Source: Planctomycetota bacterium (GTDB lineage Bacteria; Planctomycetota; GCA-002687715; CAIWVZ01). From it: a stretch of 64,000 nt of DNA. The first letter of the stretch is position 1. Each line of letters opens with the position of its first letter. The translations under genes were made by a program, and so were the position numbers. Below, piece by piece: positions 40,992-53,340 of the stretch. Under the pieces are notes generated by a model. That model did no database searches, was not told where the DNA came from, and worked only from the letters and a program-made list of their open reading frames with translations. The stretch covers positions 448,001-512,000 of the forward strand of contig JBGANV010000004.1 in NCBI GenBank assembly GCA_044222185.1. Direction: 5' to 3'.

Positions 40992-41927
40992 TCAGACGTT
41001 GAACCACGGTGTGACGCAGACGTACTTCACCGTGAACGCGAGGCGCAGGATGATCTTGATCGGGAGGCCGAACATCATGAGCGTCAGCAGGACCGTCGTG
41101 ATGTACTGCGGCTTGCTGCAGCGCTTCACGATCTCCGGCAGGTACTTGCGTACCAGCTTGTCCATGATGAAACCGCCGGCCGCGAAGTAGACGCCGAGCA
41201 CGGTGAGTCCGAAGAGGGACTTCACCAGCATGGACGCGTCCGTCAGGCCCACGAACTCGTGGAGGTCGCGGTTGAGGGCGTGCACGATGCGATGGTGGTC
41301 CCACGTCTCACCCGGCCAGAACCACATCCAGCCCGGGCCGCGGATGAACGTGCCGATCACGATCAACAGCAGCCAGAGGATGAGGAAGCCGATGAAGAAC
41401 ATCCACAGGGAGAACTTCCGCTGCTTGTAGGTGTAGTAGCCGTTGCCCCGCGGGTTCGTGTCGATGTAGGGGATCGCCATGAGCCCGAGCAGGATGATCG
41501 ACGGGAGCACCACGCCTGCGATCCAGGGATCGAAGTAGACGAGCATCTCCTGGAGCCCGAGGAAGTACCACGGGGCTTTCGAGGGATTCATCGTCAGGTT
41601 CGGGTTCGATGGCTCCTCCAGCGGCGCGTTCAGCACGATCGACCACACCACGAGGATCACCGTGACGATGATCGCCGCCAGGAATTCGATCTTCAGCAGG
41701 TACGGCCACACGTGAACCGTCGAGTCCCATCCCTTGGCCCAGGGCTGGGTCTTGCGGTGATGGGTCTTCGCCAGTTCAGGGTCGGCCTCGAGGCGGGCGA
41801 TGAGACGGTCGTTCGCGAATGCCTGCCGCAGGCCGTACCACGTGTAGAACGGCATGAGGAAAAGCATGATCACGATCGGGACGTTGTCCGCCGCCGACGT
41901 GATCTTCCACAGTTGATGCCAGTCCAT
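40992..41927 (-). CDS. Cytochrome b C-terminal subunit (subunit IV-like), extended
   Basis: VWPYLL..E, APLEEPSNP, SKAPWYFLGLQE (PEWY-equivalent), IPYID. Confidence 0.85.
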   Translation of the reverse strand: MDWHQLWKITSAADNVPIVIMLFLMPFYTWYGLRQAFANDRLIARLEADPELAKTHHRKTQPWAKGWDSTVHVWPYLLKIEFLAAIIVTVILVVWSIVLNAPLEEPSNPNLTMNPSKAPWYFLGLQEMLVYFDPWIAGVVLPSIILLGLMAIPYIDTNPRGNGYYTYKQRKFSLWMFFIGFLILWLLLIVIGTFIRGPGWMWFWPGETWDHHRIVHALNRDLHEFVGLTDASMLVKSLFGLTVLGVYFAAGGFIMDKLVRKYLPEIVKRCSKPQYITTVLLTLMMFGLPIKIILRLAFTVKYVCVTPWFNV

Positions 41928-41960
41928 GGACTCGGTGTCCTTCCTTGTTCTCTTGTTGAC

Positions 41961-42908
41961 TCAGCGCGTCTTCACAGGGCCGGCGAGATCGGACTCGATC
42001 ATCACCGGAGCCGGACCCGAGATCGCCCCGTCCTTACGGATGCGCCAGAAGTGCACGATCATCAGCACGGAGGCGATGATCGGGATCGCGATGCAGTGCC
42101 AGATGTAGGCGCGGAGCAGCGCGTTGGCGTCGACGATCGAACCGCCGAGGAGCGCGAAGCGCACGTCGTTGAATGCCGTCATGCCGAGCTCGGGACCGAG
42201 GGGACCCTCGTGGCCGAGGAGCGGCGTCGCGCGGGCCATGTTGGTACCGACCGTGACGGCCCAGAATCCGAGCTGATCGTCCGGCAGGAGGTAGCCCGTG
42301 AACGAGAGCAGCATGGTGAACAGGAGGAGGAGCACGCCGATGTTCCAGTTGAACTCACGCGGCGGCTTGTAGGACCCCGTGAGGAACACGCGGAACATGT
42401 GCAACCACACCGTGATGATCATGGAGTGGGCGGCCCAGCGGTGCATGTTCCGCATGAAGTTGCCGAACGGCACGTCATGCTGGAGGTACATGATGTCGCG
42501 GTACGCCTGGCCCTTGCTCGGGTGGTAGTAGTACATGAGCAGCACGCCGGTCAGCGTGAGCACCACGAAGAGGTAGAAGGTGATGCCTCCCATGCCCCAC
42601 GTGTAGTTGTACTTGACGGCGTCGCGGTTGATCTTCGCCGGGTGGAGGTGGAGGAAGACGTTCGACAGGACCGCGAGCGACCGATTGCGCGGGGACTCGT
42701 CGAGCTTGTGACGGAAGACCGACTTCCAGATCTGGCCTTCCTTCATCTTCTCCGTGAGCTCGCCCGGGCTCGGGAGCTTGAACTTGGGCTTCTCTGCCTT
42801 GGGCGGTGCCGTCGCCGTGCTGGCGGCGGGCTTGGCAGCTGGCGGAGGGTTGGGGGATGATCCCGCCGGCGGCGGCGTGGCGGGCGTGGGGTCCTTCGTC
42901 TCGGACAT
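41961..42908 (-). CDS. qcrB: Cytochrome b (b6-like N-terminal subunit)
   Basis: LTGVLLM, RNMHRWAAH, PREFNW..G, FTGYLLP, WH..VHFWRIRK heme ligands. Confidence 0.92.
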   Translation of the reverse strand: MSETKDPTPATPPPAGSSPNPPPAAKPAASTATAPPKAEKPKFKLPSPGELTEKMKEGQIWKSVFRHKLDESPRNRSLAVLSNVFLHLHPAKINRDAVKYNYTWGMGGITFYLFVVLTLTGVLLMYYYHPSKGQAYRDIMYLQHDVPFGNFMRNMHRWAAHSMIITVWLHMFRVFLTGSYKPPREFNWNIGVLLLLFTMLLSFTGYLLPDDQLGFWAVTVGTNMARATPLLGHEGPLGPELGMTAFNDVRFALLGGSIVDANALLRAYIWHCIAIPIIASVLMIVHFWRIRKDGAISGPAPVMIESDLAGPVKTR

Positions 42909-42945
42909 CTCGTTCTCCGTTTCCGGTGTGTTTCAGGCTTGCGGA

Positions 42946-43569
42946 TCAGACCGCCAGGAACGCGCCCTGCTTGTCGAAGTTCTCGGCTTCGTACTTCTTG
43001 AGCTTGTCGACGACGATCTTGCCCTCGGCGTTCAGCTCGACGTGGCAACGGGCCATGGGGCGCGGCGCGGGACCGGCGAAGTTGCGGCCCTCGCTGTCGT
43101 AGGTGCTGCCGTGGCAGGGGCACTTGAACAGGTTTTCCGTCGCGAGCCAGTCCGGGGTGCAGCCCAGGTGGGTGCAGATGGCCAGGATGACGTAGACGCC
43201 CTGGGCGCCGCGGCAGACCCAGATCCGCTGGGACTGCTGGTACTTGGTGTCGACGCCGAACCCGTAGTCGCTCGGATACCCGATGGTGAACCGGGTCTTG
43301 GGCTCGAAGAGCGCACGGGGGAAGAAGATCCGGCAGAAGGTGATCAGCGACACCGCGATGAGGCCGGCGACGCCATACCACACGAAGTCACGGCGGCGCT
43401 GGAGAGCCGGGTCCACGGCCACCGCGGGTTCGCCCTTGGCGAGGGGCTTGGGGGGCTGGGGCTTCAATGCGGCGGTGGCGGCGGCGGGCTTGGGCGCCGG
43501 GGCTGCCGCAGGTGTGGCGGGTGCTGCTGCGGCGGGCGGTGGCGGCTGCGGGACTTTCTCTTCGGACAT
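42946..43569 (-). CDS. qcrA: Rieske [2Fe-2S] protein
   Basis: Tat-like RRRDF plus TM; [21 protein letters not shown]. Confidence 0.93.
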   Translation of the reverse strand: MSEEKVPQPPPPAAAAPATPAAAPAPKPAAATAALKPQPPKPLAKGEPAVAVDPALQRRRDFVWYGVAGLIAVSLITFCRIFFPRALFEPKTRFTIGYPSDYGFGVDTKYQQSQRIWVCRGAQGVYVILAICTHLGCTPDWLATENLFKCPCHGSTYDSEGRNFAGPAPRPMARCHVELNAEGKIVVDKLKKYEAENFDKQGAFLAV

Positions 43570-44152
43570 CGCGCGAGTCTCCTGGGTCTTTGAGACGCTG
43601 CAGGACATGCCGAAGCGTTCGATCGAGGCGCGGACACGGAGTCCGCGTCGGTCAGGAAACGGGCGGCACGCCCCGAAATTGACGACGGCACGCCCGGGTC
43701 GTGGATCTCATCACGCCGCTCTCGCCCAGCAGTGCGGAGAAACGGGAGCGAGCCCGGCCGAACGTCGGCGGATCTTATAAGCGAAGGAGTCTCGTTCAAG
43801 CGTCCGCGAGTGGCTCCGGAACGGCGGCGATGCGAGTCATTCGCGAAGCTGCGGGAGCGGTTTGAACGACCTCCGCGCGACGACTCCGACGACACCAAGT
43901 CTGGTCGCAGCGCGGTCGTCAGAATTCACTCCGCGCCGTTGATCCCGAGAACCGGTCGAAGCAACATGGGGCCGCTCGTCGAAGCCCGTGCCGCTGGAAC
44001 GCTCGGGAAGGCTGACGCGGTGCCCTCGTTGTCCGAAGACACGCCGGAATCACCGTGTTTGGTCAGGCCTCGCTGCGTGGCGGCTCGCGGCCGGGTCACC
44101 GTTCGAGCCGAATGCTTGACAGCGAAACTCGACTTCGCTGAGGAGAACTCTC

Positions 44153-44971
44153 GTGTCCAAATCCATCCTGATCGGTGTTGCCCTGGCGGCGTTGGTCGTC
44201 GGGGGTTGCGGCAGCAAGAAAGAAGGCGGCGCGGGCACCGGAGGGAGCGGCGGTGGTGGCGCGGCGAAGCCGGAGGCGTCGGCACCCCAGGCTGAAGTCA
44301 AGCTCGACGCGGCGACGGCCGGCGTCATCAAGGGCAAGGTGACCCTCAAGGGCACGGCCCCGAAGATGAAGGAGATCGACTACGGCGCGAAGGAGCAGGA
44401 GTGCCTCGCCGGGTCGGGCAAGGGCAGCGAGGAGTGGTGCGTGGTGGGCGACGGCAACGCGCTCGCGAACGTCATCGTCACCGTCAAGAAGGGTCCGGCC
44501 CTCGGTGTGAAGACGCCGGTCCCGTCCGAGCCGGTCGTCATCGACCAGCTGCACTGCAAGTACGTCCCTCACGTCGCTGCGATGCGCGCGGGCCAGACGA
44601 TGATCGTGAAGAGCAGTGACAAGACGCAGCACAACGTCCACATGACGAGCAAGCTCAACGGCGAGCGCAACCTGTCGATGAACGAGCCGGGCGAGATCAA
44701 GCTCGAAGGCGACAAGGCCATCTCCTTGGCAGAATCGCCGAAGGACCTGCGATTCAAGTGTGACGTGCACCCCTGGATGGGTGCCTACATCGGCGCGTTC
44801 AAGCACGACTATTTCTCGGTCACGAAGCTCGACGGCGCGTTCGAGCTCAAGAACCTGCCGCCGGGCGACTACGAAATCGAGGCCTGGCACGAGCGGTTCA
44901 AGTCGAAGCCGGCCAAGGTCACGGTTGGCGCGAAGGAAACGAAGGACGTCAACTTCGAACTCGAGCAGTGA
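44153..44971 (+). CDS. Lipoprotein with cupredoxin-like and carboxypeptidase-regulatory-like domains
   Basis: Lipobox VGGC; HNVH...CDVHPWM; DGAFEL..LPPGDY.IEAWHE; GAGGAG RBS with GTG. Confidence 0.8.
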   Translation: MSKSILIGVALAALVVGGCGSKKEGGAGTGGSGGGGAAKPEASAPQAEVKLDAATAGVIKGKVTLKGTAPKMKEIDYGAKEQECLAGSGKGSEEWCVVGDGNALANVIVTVKKGPALGVKTPVPSEPVVIDQLHCKYVPHVAAMRAGQTMIVKSSDKTQHNVHMTSKLNGERNLSMNEPGEIKLEGDKAISLAESPKDLRFKCDVHPWMGAYIGAFKHDYFSVTKLDGAFELKNLPPGDYEIEAWHERFKSKPAKVTVGAKETKDVNFELEQ

Positions 44972-45029
44972 TCGCAGGCGCGGATCGGTCCCGGCCCCTC
45001 GTTCAGAACCCGCGGAGTTTCATCGTCTC

Positions 45030-46064
45030 ATGAAGCGTCTTCTTCGCGTCATTTGCCCGCTCGTGGCCTTCCTGGTCACCGTAGCGGTTCCGGCCGTCGC
45101 CCAGGATGACGGCCACGCGCCGGCGACCTACTGGCTGCCGCCGCGTTCGTCGAACGATCAGGTACCGGTCCGGATCGATCACCTCTTCAGCGTCATCCTC
45201 TGGTTGACGTCCGTCGTGATGATCGCCGTCTTCATCACGCTCATCTATTTCCTGCTGAAGTACCGCGCTCGCCCGGGACGGCGCGGCACGTTCACGCACG
45301 GCAACCACTCGCTCGAACTCATCTGGACGATCGTGCCCGCGTGCATCCTCGTCTGGCTGGGCATCACCCAGGTACCGGACTGGAACCGTGCCAAGGTGCC
45401 GTCCCAGTTCCCGGACGCGAGCCAGGCGACGGTCGTGCGCGTCTTTGCGCAGCAGTTCGACTGGAACTTCCGTCAGGCCGGAATCGACGGCAAGTTCGAG
45501 AGCTACGACAACGCCAAGGCGAAGGACGAGTGGAAGGCGTCGAAGAACGATCCGACGAAGGCGATGATCGAGGAGTTCGACCCGCTCGCCGACAAGTACT
45601 TCGGCGCCGAGGACGACGACGACATCGTCATGAGCAGCCTCGTCGTTCCCGTCGGCAAGCCGGTGCTCATCGAATTGCGGGCGGCCGACGTGACTCACGC
45701 GATATTCCTCCCGGAGTTCCGCCTGAAGCAGGATGCGGTTCCCGGCAAGCCGATGCCCGTCTGGTTCATGCCCTCGAAGGTCGGCGAGTACGAAATCGCG
45801 TGCGCCGAGCTCTGCGGCAACAATCACACGACCATGCGCGCCTGGCTGAAGGTCGTGACGCAGGACGAATGGGAGAACGGCGTCAAGGACCCGAACACCC
45901 GAGTCAAATGGGCGGGCTTCAAGAAGGAATCGGAGAAGCACAACGGCACCGTCGATCGCGGTGGCGAGAACGTGTGGAAGAACTGGTTCCGCCAGGATCC
46001 CGTGAGGCCGTGGAACGAGCTGCGGCTCGAGAAGCAACTTCTGACGGGCCCGAAGAGCGAGTGA
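45030..46064 (+). CDS. coxB: Cytochrome c oxidase subunit II
   Basis: LELIWTIVP, DVTH, KQDAVPG, CAELCGNNHTTM (CuA). Confidence 0.93.
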   Translation: MKRLLRVICPLVAFLVTVAVPAVAQDDGHAPATYWLPPRSSNDQVPVRIDHLFSVILWLTSVVMIAVFITLIYFLLKYRARPGRRGTFTHGNHSLELIWTIVPACILVWLGITQVPDWNRAKVPSQFPDASQATVVRVFAQQFDWNFRQAGIDGKFESYDNAKAKDEWKASKNDPTKAMIEEFDPLADKYFGAEDDDDIVMSSLVVPVGKPVLIELRAADVTHAIFLPEFRLKQDAVPGKPMPVWFMPSKVGEYEIACAELCGNNHTTMRAWLKVVTQDEWENGVKDPNTRVKWAGFKKESEKHNGTVDRGGENVWKNWFRQDPVRPWNELRLEKQLLTGPKSE

Positions 46065-46071
46065 TTTCGAA

Positions 46072-47829
<1,758 letters not shown>

Positions 47830-47832
47830 TCG

Positions 47833-48756
47833 TTGTCGACGCACGTCACAGCCATGCCGGCTGAACCCGAACACGCCTCCGCCTCGCCGCGGGGGCGTGG
47901 TCGTTTTGCGGCCGCGCTCGTCGGGGCCACTCTTTTCCTCATTTTCTACGGAGGACAGGTCACCACGACGTTGTCGGGTGACAGCGTCCCGAGTTGGCCT
48001 GCGTCGTTCTTCCTCCCGGCCGACAAGCATCAGTTCTGGGAGCTGGGGCATCGTTGGGTCGCTGGCACCGTCGGGCTCCTGACCGTCGCCCTGGCGGTGG
48101 TCGTTTTCGGCACGGACCGACGGCGCGGAGTGCGTTGGCTCGCTGGCAGCAGCGTCGCCGCGGTGATCGTGCAGGCGCTGATCGGCGGGCTCCGCGTCCG
48201 TCTCGGCCTCGAGCACTCGAACGTCGTCCCGATCATCCACACGATGCTCGGTCAGACGTTCTTCGCGCTCGTCGTGGCCCTCGCCGCCGTCCTTCGGCCG
48301 CTTTGGCTTTCCGGGATCCCGGCGACCGCCGCGCTCGCGACGTCCGTCGTTCGGGGGCGCGCTCGGGCCCTGCTCGTCATGGTGTGGTGCCAGATCCTGC
48401 TTGGCGCGATCCTGCGCCACGCGACGCAGGACAAGACCGCCCTCGGAACCATCGCTCACATCCTCGGCGCGGTGGCGACGGTGATCTTCGGCGCGCGACT
48501 GGTCGCCTCGGTCGTGATCGGCCTGCCGGCGGACTCGGTCTTGCGGCGTCCCGCGTTGTGGCTTGCTGGCGCACTCGGCGTCCAACTCCTGCTGGGACTC
48601 GGTGCGTTCCTCGTGACCCACACGGCGACGGGGTACGTCAATCCGCAGGACGTCCTGTCGTTGCTGCCGACCCTTCACCTCGTGCTCGGGTCGACCATCC
48701 TGGGACTCGGCGTCTTGATCCTGCTCCGCGCCTTCCGCCACCATCGCCCGCGCTGA
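47833..48756 (+). CDS. ctaA: Heme A synthase (COX15/CtaA)
   Basis: WELGHRW, QALIGGLRV, four conserved His-bearing helices; start could be 47854. Confidence 0.82.
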   Translation: MSTHVTAMPAEPEHASASPRGRGRFAAALVGATLFLIFYGGQVTTTLSGDSVPSWPASFFLPADKHQFWELGHRWVAGTVGLLTVALAVVVFGTDRRRGVRWLAGSSVAAVIVQALIGGLRVRLGLEHSNVVPIIHTMLGQTFFALVVALAAVLRPLWLSGIPATAALATSVVRGRARALLVMVWCQILLGAILRHATQDKTALGTIAHILGAVATVIFGARLVASVVIGLPADSVLRRPALWLAGALGVQLLLGLGAFLVTHTATGYVNPQDVLSLLPTLHLVLGSTILGLGVLILLRAFRHHRPR

Positions 48757-48802
48757 CCATTCGCGGTTACCGTGGTGCCGCGCGCGCGAGCGCGAACCCG
48801 TC

Positions 48803-49684
48803 ATGTCGTCCGAATCCCGCCCGATCCTCCCACTCCGCGCCTGGCTCGACCTGGCCAAGCTCCGGCTGAACGCGCTCGTCGTGTTCGCGGTCGGAGCCAC
48901 GTTCGTGATCGCCGAGCGCGGGGAGATTCACTGGCTGCGGCTCATTTCGACGGTCGCGGGAGCCACACTGACGGCCTCCGCCAGCAGCGCCTTGAACATG
49001 GCGATCGAGCACGACTTCGATGCGCTGATGCAGCGCACGCAGCAGCGGCCGATTCCGCGCGGGGCGATCGGTCGTCGAGCAGCCATCGCGTTCGGGGCCG
49101 CGCTCGCCCTGTCGGGCCTTGCGATCCTGGTCGTCTTCGTGAACCCGACCGCGACGCTCGTCGCCGCGGCGACGCTCGGCATCTATCTGGGCGTCTACAC
49201 GCCGCTGAAACGGCGCACCACGTTGAACACCATCGTCGGCGCGGTGCCCGGCGCGCTTCCCGTGATGCTCGGGTGGGCGGGCGCGCGGGGCAACGTCCAC
49301 GATCCCGACGTGTGGGCGCTGTGCGGTGTGCTCTTCCTGTGGCAGATCCCGCACTTCCTTGCGATCGCGCGACGCCACAGGGAAGACTACGCCCGCGGTG
49401 GCTTCCGCATGCTTCCAGTCGTCGACCCCGAGGGAATCACCATCGGGCGCCAGGTGGTCCTCTATTCCGCGGCAATCCTGCCGCTGAGCCTGCTGCCCGT
49501 CCGGACTGGGCTCGCGGGCGGCTACTACTGCGCGGTCGCCATCGCAGCCGGGCTGCTCCTCATCGGATTCTCTCTGGACCACGCCGTCGAGCGCGGGGCC
49601 GACTCGGCTCGGCGCCTCTTCCGTGCGACCCTCGCGTACATCCCGATCGTCTGGCTGGCGCTGCTCTTCGACAAACAGACCTGA
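48803..49684 (+). CDS. ctaB: Protoheme IX farnesyltransferase (heme O synthase)
   Basis: D.LMQRT..RPIP, YTPLKR, GAVPGALP, WQIPHF, DY..GG. Confidence 0.93.
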   Translation: MSSESRPILPLRAWLDLAKLRLNALVVFAVGATFVIAERGEIHWLRLISTVAGATLTASASSALNMAIEHDFDALMQRTQQRPIPRGAIGRRAAIAFGAALALSGLAILVVFVNPTATLVAAATLGIYLGVYTPLKRRTTLNTIVGAVPGALPVMLGWAGARGNVHDPDVWALCGVLFLWQIPHFLAIARRHREDYARGGFRMLPVVDPEGITIGRQVVLYSAAILPLSLLPVRTGLAGGYYCAVAIAAGLLLIGFSLDHAVERGADSARRLFRATLAYIPIVWLALLFDKQT

Positions 49685-49798
49685 GCGGCGACCTCCAGTC
49701 GGGTTTGCCGACGAGTGAGGCCGCGCCCAGACCCGTGGCGCTGGCTCCTCTCCTCGCTATCCTGCACCGGTTTTTCCACCGCCAGGAGTCACGTGCCG

Positions 49799-50422
49799 AT
49801 GAGCGACCCCGGAGTTCTCTACCGGATTCCCGATTCCGGTCCGCCGATCTCGCGCGGCCGATTCGCGCTGTACCTGTGGCTCGTCTGCGAGACCATGGTC
49901 TTCGTCGGTCTGCTCGGTGCGTTCGTGGTGACGCGTTTCAGCAACGCGCGGATGTGGCCGCCGTCCTACGAAGGGCCTCACAACACGATCGTCACGCCGC
50001 CGCTCGTGGGACTCGCGGCGCCGGTCGCGAACGCCATCGTCTTGGGCCTCCTGATGGCGGTGATCGTGTCCGCAAGGCGTCCGGCACGTCAGGGCGACGT
50101 CCTCGGCACACAGAAGAGGCTGATGGTGGTGACGACGCTCGGCATCACCTTCCTCGCGATCATGGCCTACGAGTTCGTCCATGAAGCGAGTCGAGGGCTG
50201 ACCCTCACCTCCGGACAGTACGGCGCATACATCGTCGTGATCTCGGCGGTCCACGGTCTGCACGTGCTCGCCGGGGTGATCTGGCAGTTCCTGTCCGGCG
50301 GCGCCAGGCTGAGGATGCCGCTGGGTGGGGTCGACGTGGAACGCGTCGAGCAGCTCTGCGTGTACTGGGGATTCGTCGCCGTCGCGTGGGCCGTGCTGCT
50401 TCTGCTCCTCTACATCCTGTGA
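49799..50422 (+). CDS. Cytochrome c oxidase subunit III-like protein (divergent paralog)
   Basis: WLVCETMVF, HGLHV, VYWGFV. Confidence 0.8.
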   Translation: MSDPGVLYRIPDSGPPISRGRFALYLWLVCETMVFVGLLGAFVVTRFSNARMWPPSYEGPHNTIVTPPLVGLAAPVANAIVLGLLMAVIVSARRPARQGDVLGTQKRLMVVTTLGITFLAIMAYEFVHEASRGLTLTSGQYGAYIVVISAVHGLHVLAGVIWQFLSGGARLRMPLGGVDVERVEQLCVYWGFVAVAWAVLLLLLYIL

Positions 50423-51396
50423 CCGGGGAGCCAGCCATCCAGGTCTGCGACCTGCGCGTGCGCTACGGCGAGACCGAGGCCCTCAAAGGGGTCTCGTTCG
50501 ACGTCGAGCGCGGCGTCATCTTCGGCCTGCTCGGTCCGAACGGCGGGGGAAAGACCACGCTGTTCCGAGTGCTTTCGACCTTGCTTCGCCCGACTTCGGG
50601 AGGGGCCCGGGTCGGTGGATTCGACGTCACATCGCAGGCGGCCGACGTTCGCCGGCACCTTGGAGTCGTCTTCCAGTCGCCGGGACTCGACAAGGTCCTG
50701 ACGGTTGCGGAGAACCTGCGCTTCCACGGAGCCCTCTTCGGCCTCGCGGGGGCCGATCTGGAGCGTCGTATCGGTGACGCTCTGACGCGCGTCGGACTCG
50801 CCGATCATCTCGGTGCGCGTGTGAGCACGCTTTCGGGCGGCATGAAACGGCGCGTCGAGATCGCCAAGGGCATCGTGCCCAACCCGACGATCCTCCTCCT
50901 GGACGAGCCGACGACCGGCCTCGATCCCGGCGCGCGGCGGGACGTCTGGGCCTACCTGGCGGAGCTTCGCGACCGCTCGGGCGTCACCTGCCTCGTCACC
51001 ACACACTTGATGGAAGAGGCCGAGAAGTGCGATCGGCTGGCGATCCTCCATCGTGGGAGCCTCGTGGCCGGGGGAACTCCCGACGAGCTCCGCAACTCGA
51101 TCGGCGGCGACATCGTCAGCGTGGAGACCGCAGACGCCGGATCGCTCGCTACGCGGGTATCCGCGCAGTTCGACGTGGCCGCGGTTTCCGACGAATCCAC
51201 CGTTCGCTTCGAGTGTGCGGACGCCCACCGCGTGGTGCCTCGGTTGTTCGACGCGTTCCCGGGAGAGATCCGGTCGCTCCGAATCGGGAAGCCGACGCTC
51301 GAGGACGTGTTCCTGAAACGCACCGGGCACCGATTCCTCGACGGTCAAGCCGACGGTGAGCCCGCGGTCGACAGGGCCAGGAGGAGGCACCGATGA
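50419..51396 (+). CDS. ABC transporter ATP-binding protein (DrrA-like)
   Basis: GPNGGGKT, LSGGMKRR, LLLDEPT, TTH. Confidence 0.93.
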   Translation: MTGEPAIQVCDLRVRYGETEALKGVSFDVERGVIFGLLGPNGGGKTTLFRVLSTLLRPTSGGARVGGFDVTSQAADVRRHLGVVFQSPGLDKVLTVAENLRFHGALFGLAGADLERRIGDALTRVGLADHLGARVSTLSGGMKRRVEIAKGIVPNPTILLLDEPTTGLDPGARRDVWAYLAELRDRSGVTCLVTTHLMEEAEKCDRLAILHRGSLVAGGTPDELRNSIGGDIVSVETADAGSLATRVSAQFDVAAVSDESTVRFECADAHRVVPRLFDAFPGEIRSLRIGKPTLEDVFLKRTGHRFLDGQADGEPAVDRARRRHR

Positions 51397-52196
51397 GTCG
51401 CCTGGTCGGACCTGGACTGGCCCTGTGGCGGCGTGAAGTCATTCGCTTCTTTCGCCAACCGAGCCGCGTCGTCGGCGTGCTCGGAACTGCACTCGTGTTC
51501 TGGGCGATCCTCGGATTTGGCCTCTCCGACTCGTTTCGTTGGGGTGGCGCGGAGCGACCCCTCGAGGCCGGCGGATACCAGGCGTACTTCTTCCCCGGCA
51601 TCCTGGCGATGATCCTCTTGTTCACGGCGATCTTCTCGAGCTTCTCCCTGATCGAAGATCGCAACGAAGGGTTCCTCCAGGGCGTGCTCGTGGCGCCCGT
51701 GCATCCGGGAGCCATCGTTCTCGGCAAGCTGCTCGGGGGGACGACGATCGCGACGCTCCAGGGCGCGTTGTTCCTCCTGCTTGCACCCACCGTCCACATC
51801 CCGGTCGGTCTCGCCAGCGCCGCGCAGGCGATCGTCGTCATGATCGTCGTTTCGTTCGGGCTGAGCGGGCTGGGATTCTGCGCTGCCTGGTGGTTCAACT
51901 CGGTCCAGGGCTTCCACGGCGTGATGAACCTCGTGCTGATGCCGATGTGGTTCCTGTCAGGAGCCATTTTTCCGTCGGACGGCGCGCATGCGGTGATCCG
52001 GTTCACGATGGCGTTGAACCCCATGACCTACGGTGTGGCCGCGCTGCGTGGCGCGCTCTGGCCGGCGAGCGTCGTGAACCACGCCGATCTGCCGTCGGTC
52101 CTGTCCGGCCTCTCCGTCAGCGTGGTCTTCGCTGCCGTGGCGTTCACGGCGGCCATGGGAATCGCGCGCCGTGTTTCCGCGAGGAACCTCGCATGA
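51393..52196 (+). CDS. ABC-2 type permease
   Basis: FFPGIL, EDRNEGFLQGVLVAP, FLSGAIFP, NPMTY. Confidence 0.9.
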   Translation: MSRLVGPGLALWRREVIRFFRQPSRVVGVLGTALVFWAILGFGLSDSFRWGGAERPLEAGGYQAYFFPGILAMILLFTAIFSSFSLIEDRNEGFLQGVLVAPVHPGAIVLGKLLGGTTIATLQGALFLLLAPTVHIPVGLASAAQAIVVMIVVSFGLSGLGFCAAWWFNSVQGFHGVMNLVLMPMWFLSGAIFPSDGAHAVIRFTMALNPMTYGVAALRGALWPASVVNHADLPSVLSGLSVSVVFAAVAFTAAMGIARRVSARNLA

Positions 52197-52867
52197 ACGA
52201 ACTGAACCCGTCACCGGCCGTCGAGTCATCCAAGGGACCGCCCATCGGGAAACTGATCGTCGCCCTTTTCGTCCTCATGGGCGTCGCTGCCGGGGTGTTG
52301 CGCGTGATCGACCGGAATCGGGCCTACGAGAACGCGGTCAAGACCGCGGCCCCGCAGTCGGCCGCGGATCTGCCGGTTCTCGCGACCGTTCCCGACTTCG
52401 CGTTGACCGATCAGGACGGCCGTCCTGTGAGCGTCGCGTCCCTGCGCGGGAAGGTCTGGGTCGCGGACGTCTTCTACACCTATTGCCGCGGAATCTGCGT
52501 CGACATGAGCCGGGAGATGTCGAAACTCCACGGTGAATACGCGGGCCGGGCCGAGCCGCTGTTCGTTTCCGTGACGTCCGACCCGGGTCGCGACAAGCCC
52601 TCGGTGCTCAAGGACTATTCCGAGCTCTACAAGGCCGACACGTCGCGGTGGATGTTCCTGACGGGCGACCTCGACACCATCCACAACGTCGTCACCAAGG
52701 GCTTCCTCCTCTCCAACAAGAAGGGTGAGCCGGAGGGGCACAGCTGGCGTTTCGTGCTGATCGACCGCGACGGGAAGCTCCGCGGGGTGTACGACAGCAA
52801 GGAAAAGGACCGCCTGATGGAGCTGCGGCGCGACATCTCCTTCCTCCTGAAAGCGACGAAATCCTGA
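52193..52867 (+). CDS. SCO family copper chaperone
   Basis: F.LTDQDG, YTYCRGIC (CxxxC), DPGRD, WMFLTG, GHS. Confidence 0.9.
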   Translation: MNELNPSPAVESSKGPPIGKLIVALFVLMGVAAGVLRVIDRNRAYENAVKTAAPQSAADLPVLATVPDFALTDQDGRPVSVASLRGKVWVADVFYTYCRGICVDMSREMSKLHGEYAGRAEPLFVSVTSDPGRDKPSVLKDYSELYKADTSRWMFLTGDLDTIHNVVTKGFLLSNKKGEPEGHSWRFVLIDRDGKLRGVYDSKEKDRLMELRRDISFLLKATKS

Positions 52868-52868
52868 C

Positions 52869-53291
52869 GTGGACTGGACGATTCTTCCGGCGGTCAACGC
52901 CACCCTGAACGCGACGTCGGCCGTACTGATCGTGACCGGGCTCGTCCTGATCCGCCGGGGCCGGCGCGAGTTGCACGCCCGAGTGATGGCCGCGGCTGTG
53001 GGCGTCTCGGCCCTCTTCCTCGTGAGCTATCTCCTGCACAAGGCCATGGTTGGGCCCCGAGCGTTTGGCCACGAAGGGGAGGGGGTTCGGACCTTCTACC
53101 TGGCGCTGCTCGGGAGTCACACGATCCTCGCGGCGGCGATCGTGCCCATGGTGATCGTGACGGTCCTGCGGGCGCGCCGCGGAGACTTCGTGAAGCACAA
53201 GCGCCTCGCGCGCTGGACGGCGCCGATCTGGCTGTACGTGTCGGTGACCGGGGTCCTCGTCTACTTCATGCTCTATCGGTGGTACGCCTGA
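52869..53291 (+). CDS. DUF420/CtaM membrane protein
   Basis: LPAVNATLN, H..VM, FLVSY, H..LA, H..LARWTAPIWLYVSVTG. Confidence 0.88.
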   Translation: MDWTILPAVNATLNATSAVLIVTGLVLIRRGRRELHARVMAAAVGVSALFLVSYLLHKAMVGPRAFGHEGEGVRTFYLALLGSHTILAAAIVPMVIVTVLRARRGDFVKHKRLARWTAPIWLYVSVTGVLVYFMLYRWYA

Positions 53292-53340
53292 AGGAGTGGT
53301 CCTGGGCGTCGACGCGGCACACGGCTACACTGCGCCCCTC

